Source: a virus. Taken from it: a stretch of 49,494 nucleotides of DNA. How positions within the stretch are numbered: position 1 is the first letter of the stretch; every line of letters starts with the position of its first letter. Under the pieces are notes generated by a model. The model was not told the DNA's origin. It did no database searches and saw only the letters and a program-made list of their open reading frames with translations. Location of the stretch: the IMG/VR virus record IMGVR_UViG_3300044534_000145, one strand, 5' to 3'. A program made the position numbers and the translations under genes. Shown here piece after piece: positions 16,801 through 25,398 of this stretch.

Positions 16801-19113
16801 GGCTTTAAGCTTGCCAGCCGTTTTGATAACTGTCCTAAATGCTCCAGCAACCGGCTTAACAAGTTTATTGTCAAATCCTTTACCAACGCCTTTGAACCAA
16901 GAACCAACGCCACCAACAAACTTACCGAGTGACTTCCACTCTTTACCAGCCCATTTGCCAATGGAAGAGAATACTGGGCCAACTGCTTTTTTGACGCCAG
17001 GAACTTGTTTCTGAACCCAACGACCGACAGTCTTGCCAAGTGATGATCCGGCAATTCCACCAACAGCACCACCAATGGCGCCACCGACAGCCGTGCCAAG
17101 CCCAGGAATAACTGAACCTAGTGCTGCACCGGCAGATGCGCCAGCGGTCATGCCACCGACAGAACCACCAAAATCACCAATTTTGCTACCGGCATTATGT
17201 TTGTTGATGCCAATCAAAGAGGTTGCTGAGAGTACCGTACCAAGCCACGGAATTCGTCTTGCAATTCCTTTAGCGCCCTCTAAGAACTTGCCGCCTTTGA
17301 TTAATTCACCTAATTCTCCGGCAGCCGGACGCAAGAACTTTGGTGCACTCTCAATATCTTTGGCAGCAGTCGGCAGAAATGCTTTACCAACTTTGCCACC
17401 TAATTTGCCAAGACCGCCACCGGTCTTAGACGCACCGATACCCAACACTGCCGCTGTCGACATGATACTGCCAACGCCAACAGTTAGCGGTCCAGATAAT
17501 GCTACAAACGCCGTCCCATAAGCAATTGCTTGCTTCATTGGTTTCGGCAATTTGCCAAACGCTTGAACCATTTGATTTAAACTGTGCACCATCGGCGTAA
17601 GTGTCGGTAGAACACTCTTAGCAAACGACATGCCCAACTCGTCAACCGATGCTTTGAATTGTTTCAGTTGATTTTGCCAGGACTTCATATTCTTTTGAGA
17701 CAGGCCGGCAACATACCCTTTGCCTTTGTCCATCTTTTGAGCTTTTTGGACTTCTTTATCCAGCCCAGCTAGGGCTTTAGTATGCGAACCAATAACCACG
17801 GCAGCGCTAGAAGCTTGTTGACCAAATAAGGCACTATAAATCGCACCTTTTTGTGTCCTACTCATGCCGGCAGTCCGCTTATTAATCTTGTCGAATATGG
17901 TTTGCAAGGACATCAAATTGTTCTTGCTGTCCATGAAGTCTTTACCTTTAAGGCCCAGTTGCTTCATGGCATCGACATATTTACCTTTGGAAGGTGGATT
18001 GAGTAAGCGAGTATAAATTTGTCGTAGCGACGTACCGGCTTGCGACCCCTCGATACCAAAGTTACTAAGTTCACCAACTGCCGAAACAGTTTCATGAAGT
18101 GTCTGGTTCGCAGCATGCGCGTTAGGGCCGGCATACTTCATAGCTTCGCCTAAATCCTTAAACGAAGTGGCTGTTAAGTCAGCGCTATATGCCATCTGGT
18201 TAACAGCCAGTTTGGTATTAGTGGTCATTTTGGCTGTGTTAGTCGACTTTAGACCAAACTGTTCGATCGCACTAGCGGCATGATTAACAACGTCACTATA
18301 GGCATCTCCAGAAGCAATCGAGCCTTGTAGGTATGTCTTTTGTGCAGCTAAAGATTGGTTTGACCGATAGCCACGCCGTACCAGAGTCTCATAACCCTTG
18401 GCAATATCGTTCTGACTAATCCCGTATTTAAGGGACATGTCGCGCCCCTGCTGCATCATTTTACGAGTGTTATTAATTGATGCAGCAGTAGACTCACCAC
18501 CGGTTTTAACCAGGTTCTTAATAATTGTGTATCGATGCTGTAAAGTAGTAGCGTCTTTAGCGCCCTTTACAAATGCAGCACCCAAAGCCATTGATACCGG
18601 AAGCATGCCGTAACCGACATTGCGAAAACGCTTGCCGGATTCATTTAAGCGATCAAGTTTCTTCCGAGTTGCCTCAGAATGTTCACCAAATCGTTGAACA
18701 TGCTCCGAAACGGCTTGAAAGGCACCTTTGCCGATTGTTTTTACTTTTTCAATCGACCTTGATAAAACGTTGGTTTGACCAGCAGCAGTTCGACTGTGCT
18801 CTCCAACGGATTGTAAATTGTCAGAAGTTGTTTTCAGAGTACGTCCACTATTGGCAGTTTGCTTAACTTTATCGTTTAAATTTGCTTGTGAGTCAGCAGC
18901 CTTTTTGGTCTGATCTGTTAATTTGGTTGCTTCGGCGGTTGCCATATGCATTTGTTTCTGCATCGAATCAGTGGTATTTGAGCTGTTAGGCATCTTACCG
19001 AGTTTCTGTAATTTGCTCATCAATTGCCCTGCTGCTTCGTTAGCCTTGTTGATTTCTGAATAGTCAACTTTGGCTTTCATATTCCAACCAACGGAATAAG
19101 GTGTTTCAGCCAT
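13825..19113 (-). CDS. Tape measure protein carrying NlpC/P60 and lytic-transglycosylase-like domains
   Basis: 1762 aa. Gly-rich TM block. W/F periodic repeats. YYDCSGMVYTALKHFGIDIGR...GDLIIYGHGGGDAGHVGII (NlpC/P60). IINRESNWQVHAQNGKYLGIPQTT (SLT-like). Confidence 0.9.
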   Translation of the reverse strand: MAETPYSVGWNMKAKVDYSEINKANEAAGQLMSKLQKLGKMPNSSNTTDSMQKQMHMATAEATKLTDQTKKAADSQANLNDKVKQTANSGRTLKTTSDNLQSVGEHSRTAAGQTNVLSRSIEKVKTIGKGAFQAVSEHVQRFGEHSEATRKKLDRLNESGKRFRNVGYGMLPVSMALGAAFVKGAKDATTLQHRYTIIKNLVKTGGESTAASINNTRKMMQQGRDMSLKYGISQNDIAKGYETLVRRGYRSNQSLAAQKTYLQGSIASGDAYSDVVNHAASAIEQFGLKSTNTAKMTTNTKLAVNQMAYSADLTATSFKDLGEAMKYAGPNAHAANQTLHETVSAVGELSNFGIEGSQAGTSLRQIYTRLLNPPSKGKYVDAMKQLGLKGKDFMDSKNNLMSLQTIFDKINKRTAGMSRTQKGAIYSALFGQQASSAAVVIGSHTKALAGLDKEVQKAQKMDKGKGYVAGLSQKNMKSWQNQLKQFKASVDELGMSFAKSVLPTLTPMVHSLNQMVQAFGKLPKPMKQAIAYGTAFVALSGPLTVGVGSIMSTAAVLGIGASKTGGGLGKLGGKVGKAFLPTAAKDIESAPKFLRPAAGELGELIKGGKFLEGAKGIARRIPWLGTVLSATSLIGINKHNAGSKIGDFGGSVGGMTAGASAGAALGSVIPGLGTAVGGAIGGAVGGIAGSSLGKTVGRWVQKQVPGVKKAVGPVFSSIGKWAGKEWKSLGKFVGGVGSWFKGVGKGFDNKLVKPVAGAFRTVIKTAGKLKAGVAHAIAAPFEFAVGLAHRYIVKPLEKPVTSVLNWIRKKWRSFAKTAGSLWRSIGNVVGKAWRAGIKVVSNVWNSTSRWLGKKWTAFSSTVGKYWANITSPIKRAWHSVTEYIHDLWNGTSSWLGKEWRGLSKTAGNIFSAVGDAIKKPIKSAWDYISNIFGKIGNAVGKITKKVGSVVSGIAKWAGGVTKEGKHTLGAHANGGLITSQHNALVGEAGPELAYTVNGRKARILGAAGPHIAKVNPGERILNAHDTAQVMGGGLGHTLPGYAAGTSTLGRTVSNDKNVKSGLNKVAKDYDTTTKKSKQSLDKFSKNSKDTWNGISKDTKSRSQKIQKNTVGDYDDLQKGSVKQLSQLQSGSNSQWKSILSQTGKRTNNLRKSTVGDFNDMQQGSQKQMNQLQSGVISAAKGTAVGFGKEMGRMKGYAHSAMGGAIGQLNHGISGIDSVLGQFGGNKSVINPIKYAAGSNGRLPEDQLVMVNDAQSGPRQEMVIRGNQALIPHGKDRILHLKKNDQVLNGRQTQTVAASYGIQHFAKGSGVSDSTLQKIADAGQKNPGKSFDNNFNVHIKVAGSQLQKGSTELEKNAASKYGKPWMAAMWQVIEGQMGGTGGVRSEFLKYAMEHFSGKPYLMGGLGPRYYDCSGMVYTALKHFGIDIGRNTVAMQNSNGVTNLGHHRSATRQGDLIIYGHGGGDAGHVGIIDNPVKGTMFNETPPHARVTSIFSPMSMGYDYYRIKNLHDKDNGKRGKASGRLTALAKQELGKSALKSIQKRFADQSMTGGPVPKGDHMHWLEQAGIPHSWWAPISEIINRESNWQVHAQNGKYLGIPQTTAGNLAKAGSDWRSNPITQLRAMKMYIKSRYGTAGKALAFRHRAGWYANGGWAGKASIFGEVAGEPEVAINPKRNTADNLIGQTIDARAKVDKNSPSANFLKSVKSLKTKPSKAKIEPHITINFNGDISDEKTMNKAADKMERKLIDLFEKLNDEFGLDDSVW

Positions 19114-19124
19114 TTCTTCACCTC

Positions 19125-19412
19125 CTAATTTTTATCATCACCACCGAAGGCGTGAGCAACGCCAGTTTGAATCACATTTGCATCAGAATCCCGATTGGCT
19201 GAAAACTTCTTGCGAGAAACAATCTCTTGCAAAATCAACAACTGATCCAATGTGGCGTGGTCAACCATGCGTTCTGGTATGCCATTCAGAATTAAAAAAA
19301 GAGGAAGCTCGATCTTGTCGGCTTCCTCTTTAATTTGCTTGGGTGATTTAGTTCTAGTTAAGCCCCTTGTCAAGAAAGGAATAAATCTTTTCGAACAATT
19401 CACTAAAGCCAT
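19125..19412 (-). CDS. Downstream overlapping tail-chaperone ORF (gpT-like extension), probably reached by a frameshift
   Basis: Overlaps the chaperone by 59 nt. No RBS before its ATG. Frame is +1 (equivalent to -2) relative to the upstream ORF. Confidence 0.5.
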   Translation of the reverse strand: MALVNCSKRFIPFLTRGLTRTKSPKQIKEEADKIELPLFLILNGIPERMVDHATLDQLLILQEIVSRKKFSANRDSDANVIQTGVAHAFGGDDKN

Positions 19413-19734
19413 GATGATCGTTGAAGTATGCCAAATCTTTGATCTTTGGTGCCTCGACGATCTGCTTAACTGCTTCTTGCATGAAGTAAGTTTTATTGAT
19501 GTTGTTGAAAGGATTCATTGCGGAATCAATTAGATTCTGAGCAGCAAAGGTGCCAGGAAAATGAAGCAAATACGTTTGCTCATGGTCGGTACCTTCACCC
19601 GTCTTAACAACTTCCGTTTTCGAAAAACGAGTAGTAATGACGTTCTTCTGTGATTGTTCACGCGCAAGTTGGTTTACGTTGGCAACCTTTTCTGCTAATT
19701 TCTTGTTGGCTTGTACCTTAGTTTCTTCGGCCAT
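19354..19734 (-). CDS. Tail assembly chaperone (gpG / XkdN-like)
   Basis: Position between the tube and tape measure genes. 126 aa. Confidence 0.65.
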   Translation of the reverse strand: MAEETKVQANKKLAEKVANVNQLAREQSQKNVITTRFSKTEVVKTGEGTDHEQTYLLHFPGTFAAQNLIDSAMNPFNNINKTYFMQEAVKQIVEAPKIKDLAYFNDHHGFSELFEKIYSFLDKGLN

Positions 19735-19798
19735 ATTAATTTTCCTCCTAATTTTTGCGTAAAAAAATAACCCTAGCTATTATTAACTACGGTTACTG

Positions 19799-20233
19799 TT
19801 ATGAATTTGAATCGAGACGTTCATACATTAAATTGGTAACGATAACAACCCAAGGGCGGTTACCAGAATTATCACCGTTTGAACCGGCAGGAATTCTTGA
19901 AACTTTACAATGGTCGCCCCAAACGTGCTCCGTAGTTGAACGGATATCGATTGGGAACGTTTTGTTAGCATTGCATAAGTCGGTCAGATTCTTGTTAAAT
20001 GGTGATTCTTGATCAAGGTTATAAGTCACCTTGCCAGAGTTCTTGTTGTTGTCAGATAGTACGAAGGTTCCCATAGAATCGCCAGCCAATGACGCTTTAT
20101 CATTGTCCCAATCCCAAGAAACCATATCTGAACCGTTGAAGCCGAATGCGACGGCACCATCCACAACGTGAGTGCAGTCAGCCGCATTATATTCGGCCAT
20201 CAAGCCGGTTTGTGATGAGTTAGCATTTGCCAT
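19799..20233 (-). CDS. Tail tube protein (contractile-tail type)
   Basis: 144 aa, directly after the sheath-size gene and before the chaperones. Strong RBS AGGAGGAA. Confidence 0.6.
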   Translation of the reverse strand: MANANSSQTGLMAEYNAADCTHVVDGAVAFGFNGSDMVSWDWDNDKASLAGDSMGTFVLSDNNKNSGKVTYNLDQESPFNKNLTDLCNANKTFPIDIRSTTEHVWGDHCKVSRIPAGSNGDNSGNRPWVVIVTNLMYERLDSNS

Positions 20234-20312
20234 AAATGTGTTCCTCCTTTATTAAGCTAAATTGAGTGTTACTGAATCGCTTGTAGCACTTGACGAATTA
20301 AGTTGGGGTGTT

Positions 20313-21464
20313 TCAGGCGTTGTTACTGCTCGCGGATCCGCCACCGTTGGCTGTAATCGTGTCTGATTGAACAACTCCGTTGATGGTGGCACTGTGAATA
20401 GCGCCGGAACGGTGATACCAGAATTGAATACCACCGTAGTGACGTTTGGACAAGTCAGCCAACGATTGTGCATCCCGATCAGACGCGGTGGCATTGAAGT
20501 CACCAGTCTTCTTTTCATCGTCAGTTAAAATGATTCCTTGTTGCCATGCAGTACTCAAAGTGTTGAACACAATGCCAGTTAGCAAATCGATACCGGATTT
20601 CTCATAAGGAATCTTGTCATTCTTTTGGAATGCAGTCTGCACATTTGCTTGCACCATTGTTTTAATCCAAGTATCACCTTGCAGATTATCGATATACTCG
20701 CCGTTGGAAGTCCAACCCTCACTTGTCTCAGGCGTACCGTTAACGGTGACATAAGCAATCGCATGATGGTTAGTAATGCCGGTAAAGTCGGTTGATGAGT
20801 AATCTTGCGGTGTAATTCCGAGAATCTGTTTGAACTTGTAAGTGGCACTACCTACCGTCTTGGAAGCAATCGCGCCAACAAAGCCAGCGTCCATTGCTTC
20901 AGTCAGTGGATGAACGAGATCAATCGTGTATTGATTGCCTTCCCATGCTGAGAAGGCTTCAACTTTTTCAGCCTGAGTAACCAAGAATTTAAGCAAGTTA
21001 GCTTCGCAAATATTGGAAGCCAATGCCACATCATCTGGATCGCCATCGACAAAGACCATAAAGTACCAACCTTGCCACCAGAATGCCCCGAGAGAATCTT
21101 GGAACTTGCCATCTGGGTAACTTAAAACCGCTACTCGATCAGAAGCAGCGGTTTGGTTGAAGTATGTGGTAGCTTTTTGATACATATGCGTTGATGAACC
21201 ATAATCTAGCGAAAGCGCATCAATATTGCTGTACTCTTTGTAAACAGCGCCGGTCTTCGAATCAGTAATTGATCGAAGTAAGCCGTCAGAGGTAGTTGCG
21301 TTGTTAGGAACGCCACCACCTTGACCCTTCTCATCTGGTGCCGGTGTTTTTGTTACGAATAAAACATTGCCAAAACCAATTTGCGGAACTGGTTGTTGGA
21401 CTTGTAGATTAACAATGACATCTGAAATCCGCCCATATGGTGGAATTGCTGTAGCTGTAGCCAT
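20313..21464 (-). CDS. Tail sheath protein
   Basis: 383 aa, precedes the tube gene. The gpV/W/J/I-like baseplate set implies a contractile tail. Confidence 0.6.
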   Translation of the reverse strand: MATATAIPPYGRISDVIVNLQVQQPVPQIGFGNVLFVTKTPAPDEKGQGGGVPNNATTSDGLLRSITDSKTGAVYKEYSNIDALSLDYGSSTHMYQKATTYFNQTAASDRVAVLSYPDGKFQDSLGAFWWQGWYFMVFVDGDPDDVALASNICEANLLKFLVTQAEKVEAFSAWEGNQYTIDLVHPLTEAMDAGFVGAIASKTVGSATYKFKQILGITPQDYSSTDFTGITNHHAIAYVTVNGTPETSEGWTSNGEYIDNLQGDTWIKTMVQANVQTAFQKNDKIPYEKSGIDLLTGIVFNTLSTAWQQGIILTDDEKKTGDFNATASDRDAQSLADLSKRHYGGIQFWYHRSGAIHSATINGVVQSDTITANGGGSASSNNA

Positions 21465-21475
21465 TTTGTAACCTC

Positions 21476-22015
21476 CTATTGTTGTTTATTACTTGAAATT
21501 TGTGAACCGTCGTTGGTATCGTTAATCGTTGCTGTGTCGATGGTTGTCGGCGCCTGATAATCAAAGTTGAGTTTGTCGGTATCAAAAGTTAGACCGGATA
21601 ACACATTAAAAGTGGCATCGAAACCCATTGCATAATCATAATTACTGCCGACAACCGCATTGTGTGAAACCACATCATTAACCGGTCCAACAGCCATATG
21701 GCACTGCTTTAGAAAACGTTGATAGCCCGGATCTTGTAAGGCGTTATAAAACGTGTCTGCCAATTGGTCGGCCTGCCAGTAATCTCTGGAATGTGCATCA
21801 AGTTGCAACATAATCTGATATGGCCGAACAACGGGATGATCTAGTATTTCTTCATGTCGATTAATCGGTGCCAGAAATGTAAAAAAGGGATATTGATCAC
21901 GCACATAAGTCAGCTCACGTGCATACAAAGTTTGCCCTGTTGCTTGCTTACAGATTTCTGAAAGACAATGAACAAGCAATTTTTTGCCGGAATTATATGT
22001 GCTGATTGTGGTCAT
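21476..22015 (-). CDS. Head-tail joining / tail-completion protein (unassigned)
   Basis: Position between the connector genes and the sheath. Coupled to its neighbours. Confidence 0.45.
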   Translation of the reverse strand: MTTISTYNSGKKLLVHCLSEICKQATGQTLYARELTYVRDQYPFFTFLAPINRHEEILDHPVVRPYQIMLQLDAHSRDYWQADQLADTFYNALQDPGYQRFLKQCHMAVGPVNDVVSHNAVVGSNYDYAMGFDATFNVLSGLTFDTDKLNFDYQAPTTIDTATINDTNDGSQISSNKQQ

Positions 22016-22376
22016 CCCCTTTCAATTCGTAAATGACAATATCCGAATAATCGAGATAATTTTGGAAGTGTGTAACTCGGTATTTGCCGCCCTGTGTTGG
22101 TACCTCAACAATTGTGTTAGCAGGATAATTACCCGTTGAGGCCCATAGCAAGTCAACATCTACTTGTGAACCACCGGCTGCCAAAACTAAGATCTGCGAA
22201 TTTGAAGAAACGGGCCAAACCGGCTCATGCCGCTTTTCTGGCTCAAGGTTGTCAGTAGTAGCCTGTTGCGGAATACCATCAAGAACGATATCTCCCTGCA
22301 AACGGTCTGCTGACCAAACATTAATATCGACACCCTTGCGTTTAAGCATCCCAGCCATTTTGAGTTTGCTTGCCAT
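21993..22376 (-). CDS. Head-tail joining protein (unassigned)
   Basis: Position only. Overlapping start and stop with neighbouring genes. Confidence 0.45.
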   Translation of the reverse strand: MASKLKMAGMLKRKGVDINVWSADRLQGDIVLDGIPQQATTDNLEPEKRHEPVWPVSSNSQILVLAAGGSQVDVDLLWASTGNYPANTIVEVPTQGGKYRVTHFQNYLDYSDIVIYELKGDDHNQHI

Positions 22377-22999
22377 TAGTCATGCCACCCTTCAAGAATC
22401 TTGCATTTAACTGATCGTTGTAGAATTCCTTTATCTACCAGCGGATCATTTGTTCCTTTACGGGCAACCGTCGCCGGCATGTTGCCTGGCGAATCCCAAC
22501 TAATAGTTTCGCGAATAATATCGCCTTTAGCTTGTTCGCCAATAATCGTCAGAACTTGTCGGGCAGTCATTGAACCCTCAATAATGTGGCGAACCCCTTT
22601 AATCATGGTTTGTTGATACTTATCACGATTCTTAAAGAGTGCCGTTCGAATAAACGGTCGTGAAGGAATTACGACTTCTTTGACCAACATGTACATAACT
22701 GTTAAACCACCGGCACCGTCTGATACCGCCAGAATGTTCTTGCCCTTTGGTCGGAACAGTCCCGGAATCTGTCGCGCCGGCATTGGTCCACCATCGTCGC
22801 CCATCGGGGTAGCTTTGGTCGGAATCGTCAGCCATTCACCGTGAATTGGTCGAATGTAGGCACCAAACTCATTAGCTCGGACAATTGTCAACAACTTACT
22901 TTTTTCATCGTCACTAAAAAAACCAATTGCAACTCGCAATCGGTTTAATTCGTCGAACTGTTTAATTATTTCGGGCCAGCGGTTATTGATCTCTGTCAA
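22376..22999 (-). CDS. Neck / virion morphogenesis protein (unassigned)
   Basis: Position only. 1-nt and 4-nt overlaps with neighbours. Confidence 0.45.
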   Translation of the reverse strand: MTEINNRWPEIIKQFDELNRLRVAIGFFSDDEKSKLLTIVRANEFGAYIRPIHGEWLTIPTKATPMGDDGGPMPARQIPGLFRPKGKNILAVSDGAGGLTVMYMLVKEVVIPSRPFIRTALFKNRDKYQQTMIKGVRHIIEGSMTARQVLTIIGEQAKGDIIRETISWDSPGNMPATVARKGTNDPLVDKGILQRSVKCKILEGWHD

Positions 23000-23406
23000 T
23001 GGTTAACCACGATAACGTTAAACGTATCGCCCTTCCCGTACTGCTTCCACAATTCCCAGAATCTCCGTCCCCACAGGGAACTGTTAATCCATTTGGTATT
23101 CTGAACTCCTTTGGAAAAGTAAGTGGTTTTCAATACATCAACTTGTTCAGATTGAATGCCCCGCCCGGCTTCATCGTCCATTGTGGCGAAGTGCAACGCT
23201 AAATATCTTTCAGCTTGCTCCCTGATACTACTGCCAATGTCTTCACCACTAACTTGAATGTGATCAGGAAAGCCATAGCCCAAAACATCAACATGAGCAT
23301 CGTTGATATACATCGTTAACGTATCGTCAGTTAAATCACTGACTAAATCAGGTGCGGTACTTTTTAAGTTTGCTATTGTTGTTAATGCTTGTGAAGCGGC
23401 CATCAT
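22996..23406 (-). CDS. Head-tail connector / adaptor (gp6-like)
   Basis: First gene after the major capsid protein. ...AERYLALHFATM... is typical of adaptor proteins. Confidence 0.5.
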   Translation of the reverse strand: MMAASQALTTIANLKSTAPDLVSDLTDDTLTMYINDAHVDVLGYGFPDHIQVSGEDIGSSIREQAERYLALHFATMDDEAGRGIQSEQVDVLKTTYFSKGVQNTKWINSSLWGRRFWELWKQYGKGDTFNVIVVNH

Positions 23407-23420
23407 GTCGCCTCCTAACT

Positions 23421-24302
23421 CTAGATACCGTGAACCTTAACGATTGCTTGCGGTGCACGCACAATCAAACCGCCACATTGTTCAGAATAAGGAATGGTGT
23501 AAGTCATGTTTCGATATTCCGTCTGCATTCTGGTAACTGGTTGAGCGTCCAAAATCTGCGCTGTGACTGGTGAATTATCAAAAATCATAGCAACATCTTT
23601 GCCTTTATCGACACCAGCCAATTCGTTGATTTTAACAATTTGTGAGAACCAGCCACGGCTGTTAAGCAACTCGATCAATGTTCTTGGTTGATAATCGTTG
23701 TATTCCACGTCCAAAGCGTCATAGGCAACTGCTGGCAATGCCAATACCGGTTGAACGTCAGAATAACCATTTAATTGAGTGATCTTTTGTTTAGCCAATT
23801 TCAACTCATTTAAAAGCGTTTTTGGATCATTTGTATTACCTTTTGCGTCGGTAAATGGTGTATCCAAGGTAACTTCTTGACTTGGTGAAGTAACTAAGCC
23901 AGGGATGTTATGATCAGCATCGCCTAAGAACACTAATTTATCTTCAAAATCTGCCATTCCCCGTGCAATGGCTTGGCCTTGAATAGCGTCGAGGTTTTGA
24001 CCGGCTAAATTAGCCTCTTGAATTTCGGTTGTGGAATAGTTGGCTGCCAAGGCAAATGTCACGATGCCTTGAGAGAACTCTTTCATATCGGCATCGGTTA
24101 GTGGAATGTCAGTTCCACGATTGGCAATGATTTTTGCCACACCGGTTTGAGTCATTACACGATATGTGTATGTCTTGGTACCGGCTGGTACTGAATACGA
24201 GCCGAACAAAGTTCGTGCTTTGAGTTGCTCACGGTTGGGCGTATAGACAGTTTTATCTAAGTTCTCAAGCGCACGTTTGTTAAAAATTGCTGTGTTGGGC
24301 AT
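23421..24302 (-). CDS. Major capsid protein
   Basis: 293 aa. Position after the scaffold and decoration genes. Strong RBS GAGGAGGAAAA. Confidence 0.75.
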   Translation of the reverse strand: MPNTAIFNKRALENLDKTVYTPNREQLKARTLFGSYSVPAGTKTYTYRVMTQTGVAKIIANRGTDIPLTDADMKEFSQGIVTFALAANYSTTEIQEANLAGQNLDAIQGQAIARGMADFEDKLVFLGDADHNIPGLVTSPSQEVTLDTPFTDAKGNTNDPKTLLNELKLAKQKITQLNGYSDVQPVLALPAVAYDALDVEYNDYQPRTLIELLNSRGWFSQIVKINELAGVDKGKDVAMIFDNSPVTAQILDAQPVTRMQTEYRNMTYTIPYSEQCGGLIVRAPQAIVKVHGI

Positions 24303-24328
24303 TATTTTTCCTCCTCGTGTAGATTAAT

Positions 24329-24838
24329 TTATTTTGGTGCGTTAACTGTAATTGTACTTGTTGCTTGTTTGTTACCGTCAACCGATGATGCTGTTGGTGT
24401 TGCGCTCACAGCATCACTTGTCACGCTATCGCCAGCAGCATTCGTAACTACTGCATTAAATTGATAAGCTGTGCCATCGGTTAGGCCATTGATGTCAGCG
24501 TTCATTTTTGCTGGATCAACGTCAACTGCTGTCCAATTCTCTGAACCGGCTTGTGTCTTGTAACTTACGGTCACTTTAGTTAAGGGTGCTGTTCCATCGC
24601 CACTTGCCAAAGCAACAGTTGCGTTAACTGTTTTGTCGCCAGGCTTCAACGTCACAACCGGCTTATTTGGCAATGTAGTTTGATCGGGAATGCTTAATGC
24701 TGAATCGCCATCATTCTTAACAGATGTCCAACCTGAATAAACCGTGTTACCAGTTAATTTACTGATTGTCACCGGTGACGGCACATCTTTAGCCAAGACG
24801 TTCTTATCTTTATCAGAAACAGAAAAAGTATCTGCCAT
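24329..24838 (-). CDS. Ig-like / FN3-like capsid decoration protein
   Basis: Beta-rich. LTDGTAYQFNAVVTNAAG is FN3-like. Thr/Ser/Val-rich. Confidence 0.5.
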   Translation of the reverse strand: MADTFSVSDKDKNVLAKDVPSPVTISKLTGNTVYSGWTSVKNDGDSALSIPDQTTLPNKPVVTLKPGDKTVNATVALASGDGTAPLTKVTVSYKTQAGSENWTAVDVDPAKMNADINGLTDGTAYQFNAVVTNAAGDSVTSDAVSATPTASSVDGNKQATSTITVNAPK

Positions 24839-24896
24839 TATTTTTGCGCCTCCTTATTTAAGATTTAAAGTTACAGAACTGTTGGTAGTCGTTGCA

Positions 24897-25385
24897 CTAC
24901 TTAGCTGGGGTGCTTGGCTGCTGACTGCTCGCAGATTGTGCGTTGTAACCTTGTCCCGTTTGTAGTGCAGCAGTATGCCCTGAATTGCCAGCCGTGGTAA
25001 AGATACCAACAACTGAATCGGAAGCACCGGCAGGCTTAAATAAGCCGGTTGCATCAACTGTGGCATTATCGCCCTTATCAACATCCGCTGAAATCGGAAC
25101 GGCAACGGTGCCTTCACGAATAACTGGAACGGTTTCACCGGTTAACCATGTGTCGGCTTTAGGATCAATGAAGCGATCGTCGTTTTCATAAACTCGTGAT
25201 AATGCGACGCCATAAATTGGGCCAGCGGTCGCTGGAGCAACTTTTCCGCCAGTCAACGTAACCGCTTGACCATAACTGATTGGTGCACTAGCAACTTCAC
25301 TATTCACGGTCATTTGTTGGATAGTGGCTGGTTTACCAGCACCAAGTTCGCCGCCTTGATAGAATGAATCTACTGGAATTGGCAT
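24897..25385 (-). CDS. Head decoration / cement protein (DUF2190-like)
   Basis: Size, Gly/Ala/Val-rich composition and position between the scaffold and capsid genes. Confidence 0.5.
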   Translation of the reverse strand: MPIPVDSFYQGGELGAGKPATIQQMTVNSEVASAPISYGQAVTLTGGKVAPATAGPIYGVALSRVYENDDRFIDPKADTWLTGETVPVIREGTVAVPISADVDKGDNATVDATGLFKPAGASDSVVGIFTTAGNSGHTAALQTGQGYNAQSASSQQPSTPAK

Positions 25386-25398
25386 GTTTTAACCTCCT

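Noticed and set aside
16185-17521. Several long ORFs in other frames or on the other strand inside the tape measure gene (for example the 162-aa Pro/Ala-rich ORF at 17033-17521 +).
   Set aside because: These are typical shadow ORFs of a Gly/Ala/Lys-rich repetitive coding region. They are fully embedded in the 1762-aa gene and have no ribosome-binding sites.
20252-21112. Out-of-frame minus-strand ORFs (20252-20518, 20579-20848, 20903-21112) inside the sheath gene.
   Set aside because: They are embedded in a longer, better-supported ORF and have no ribosome-binding sites.
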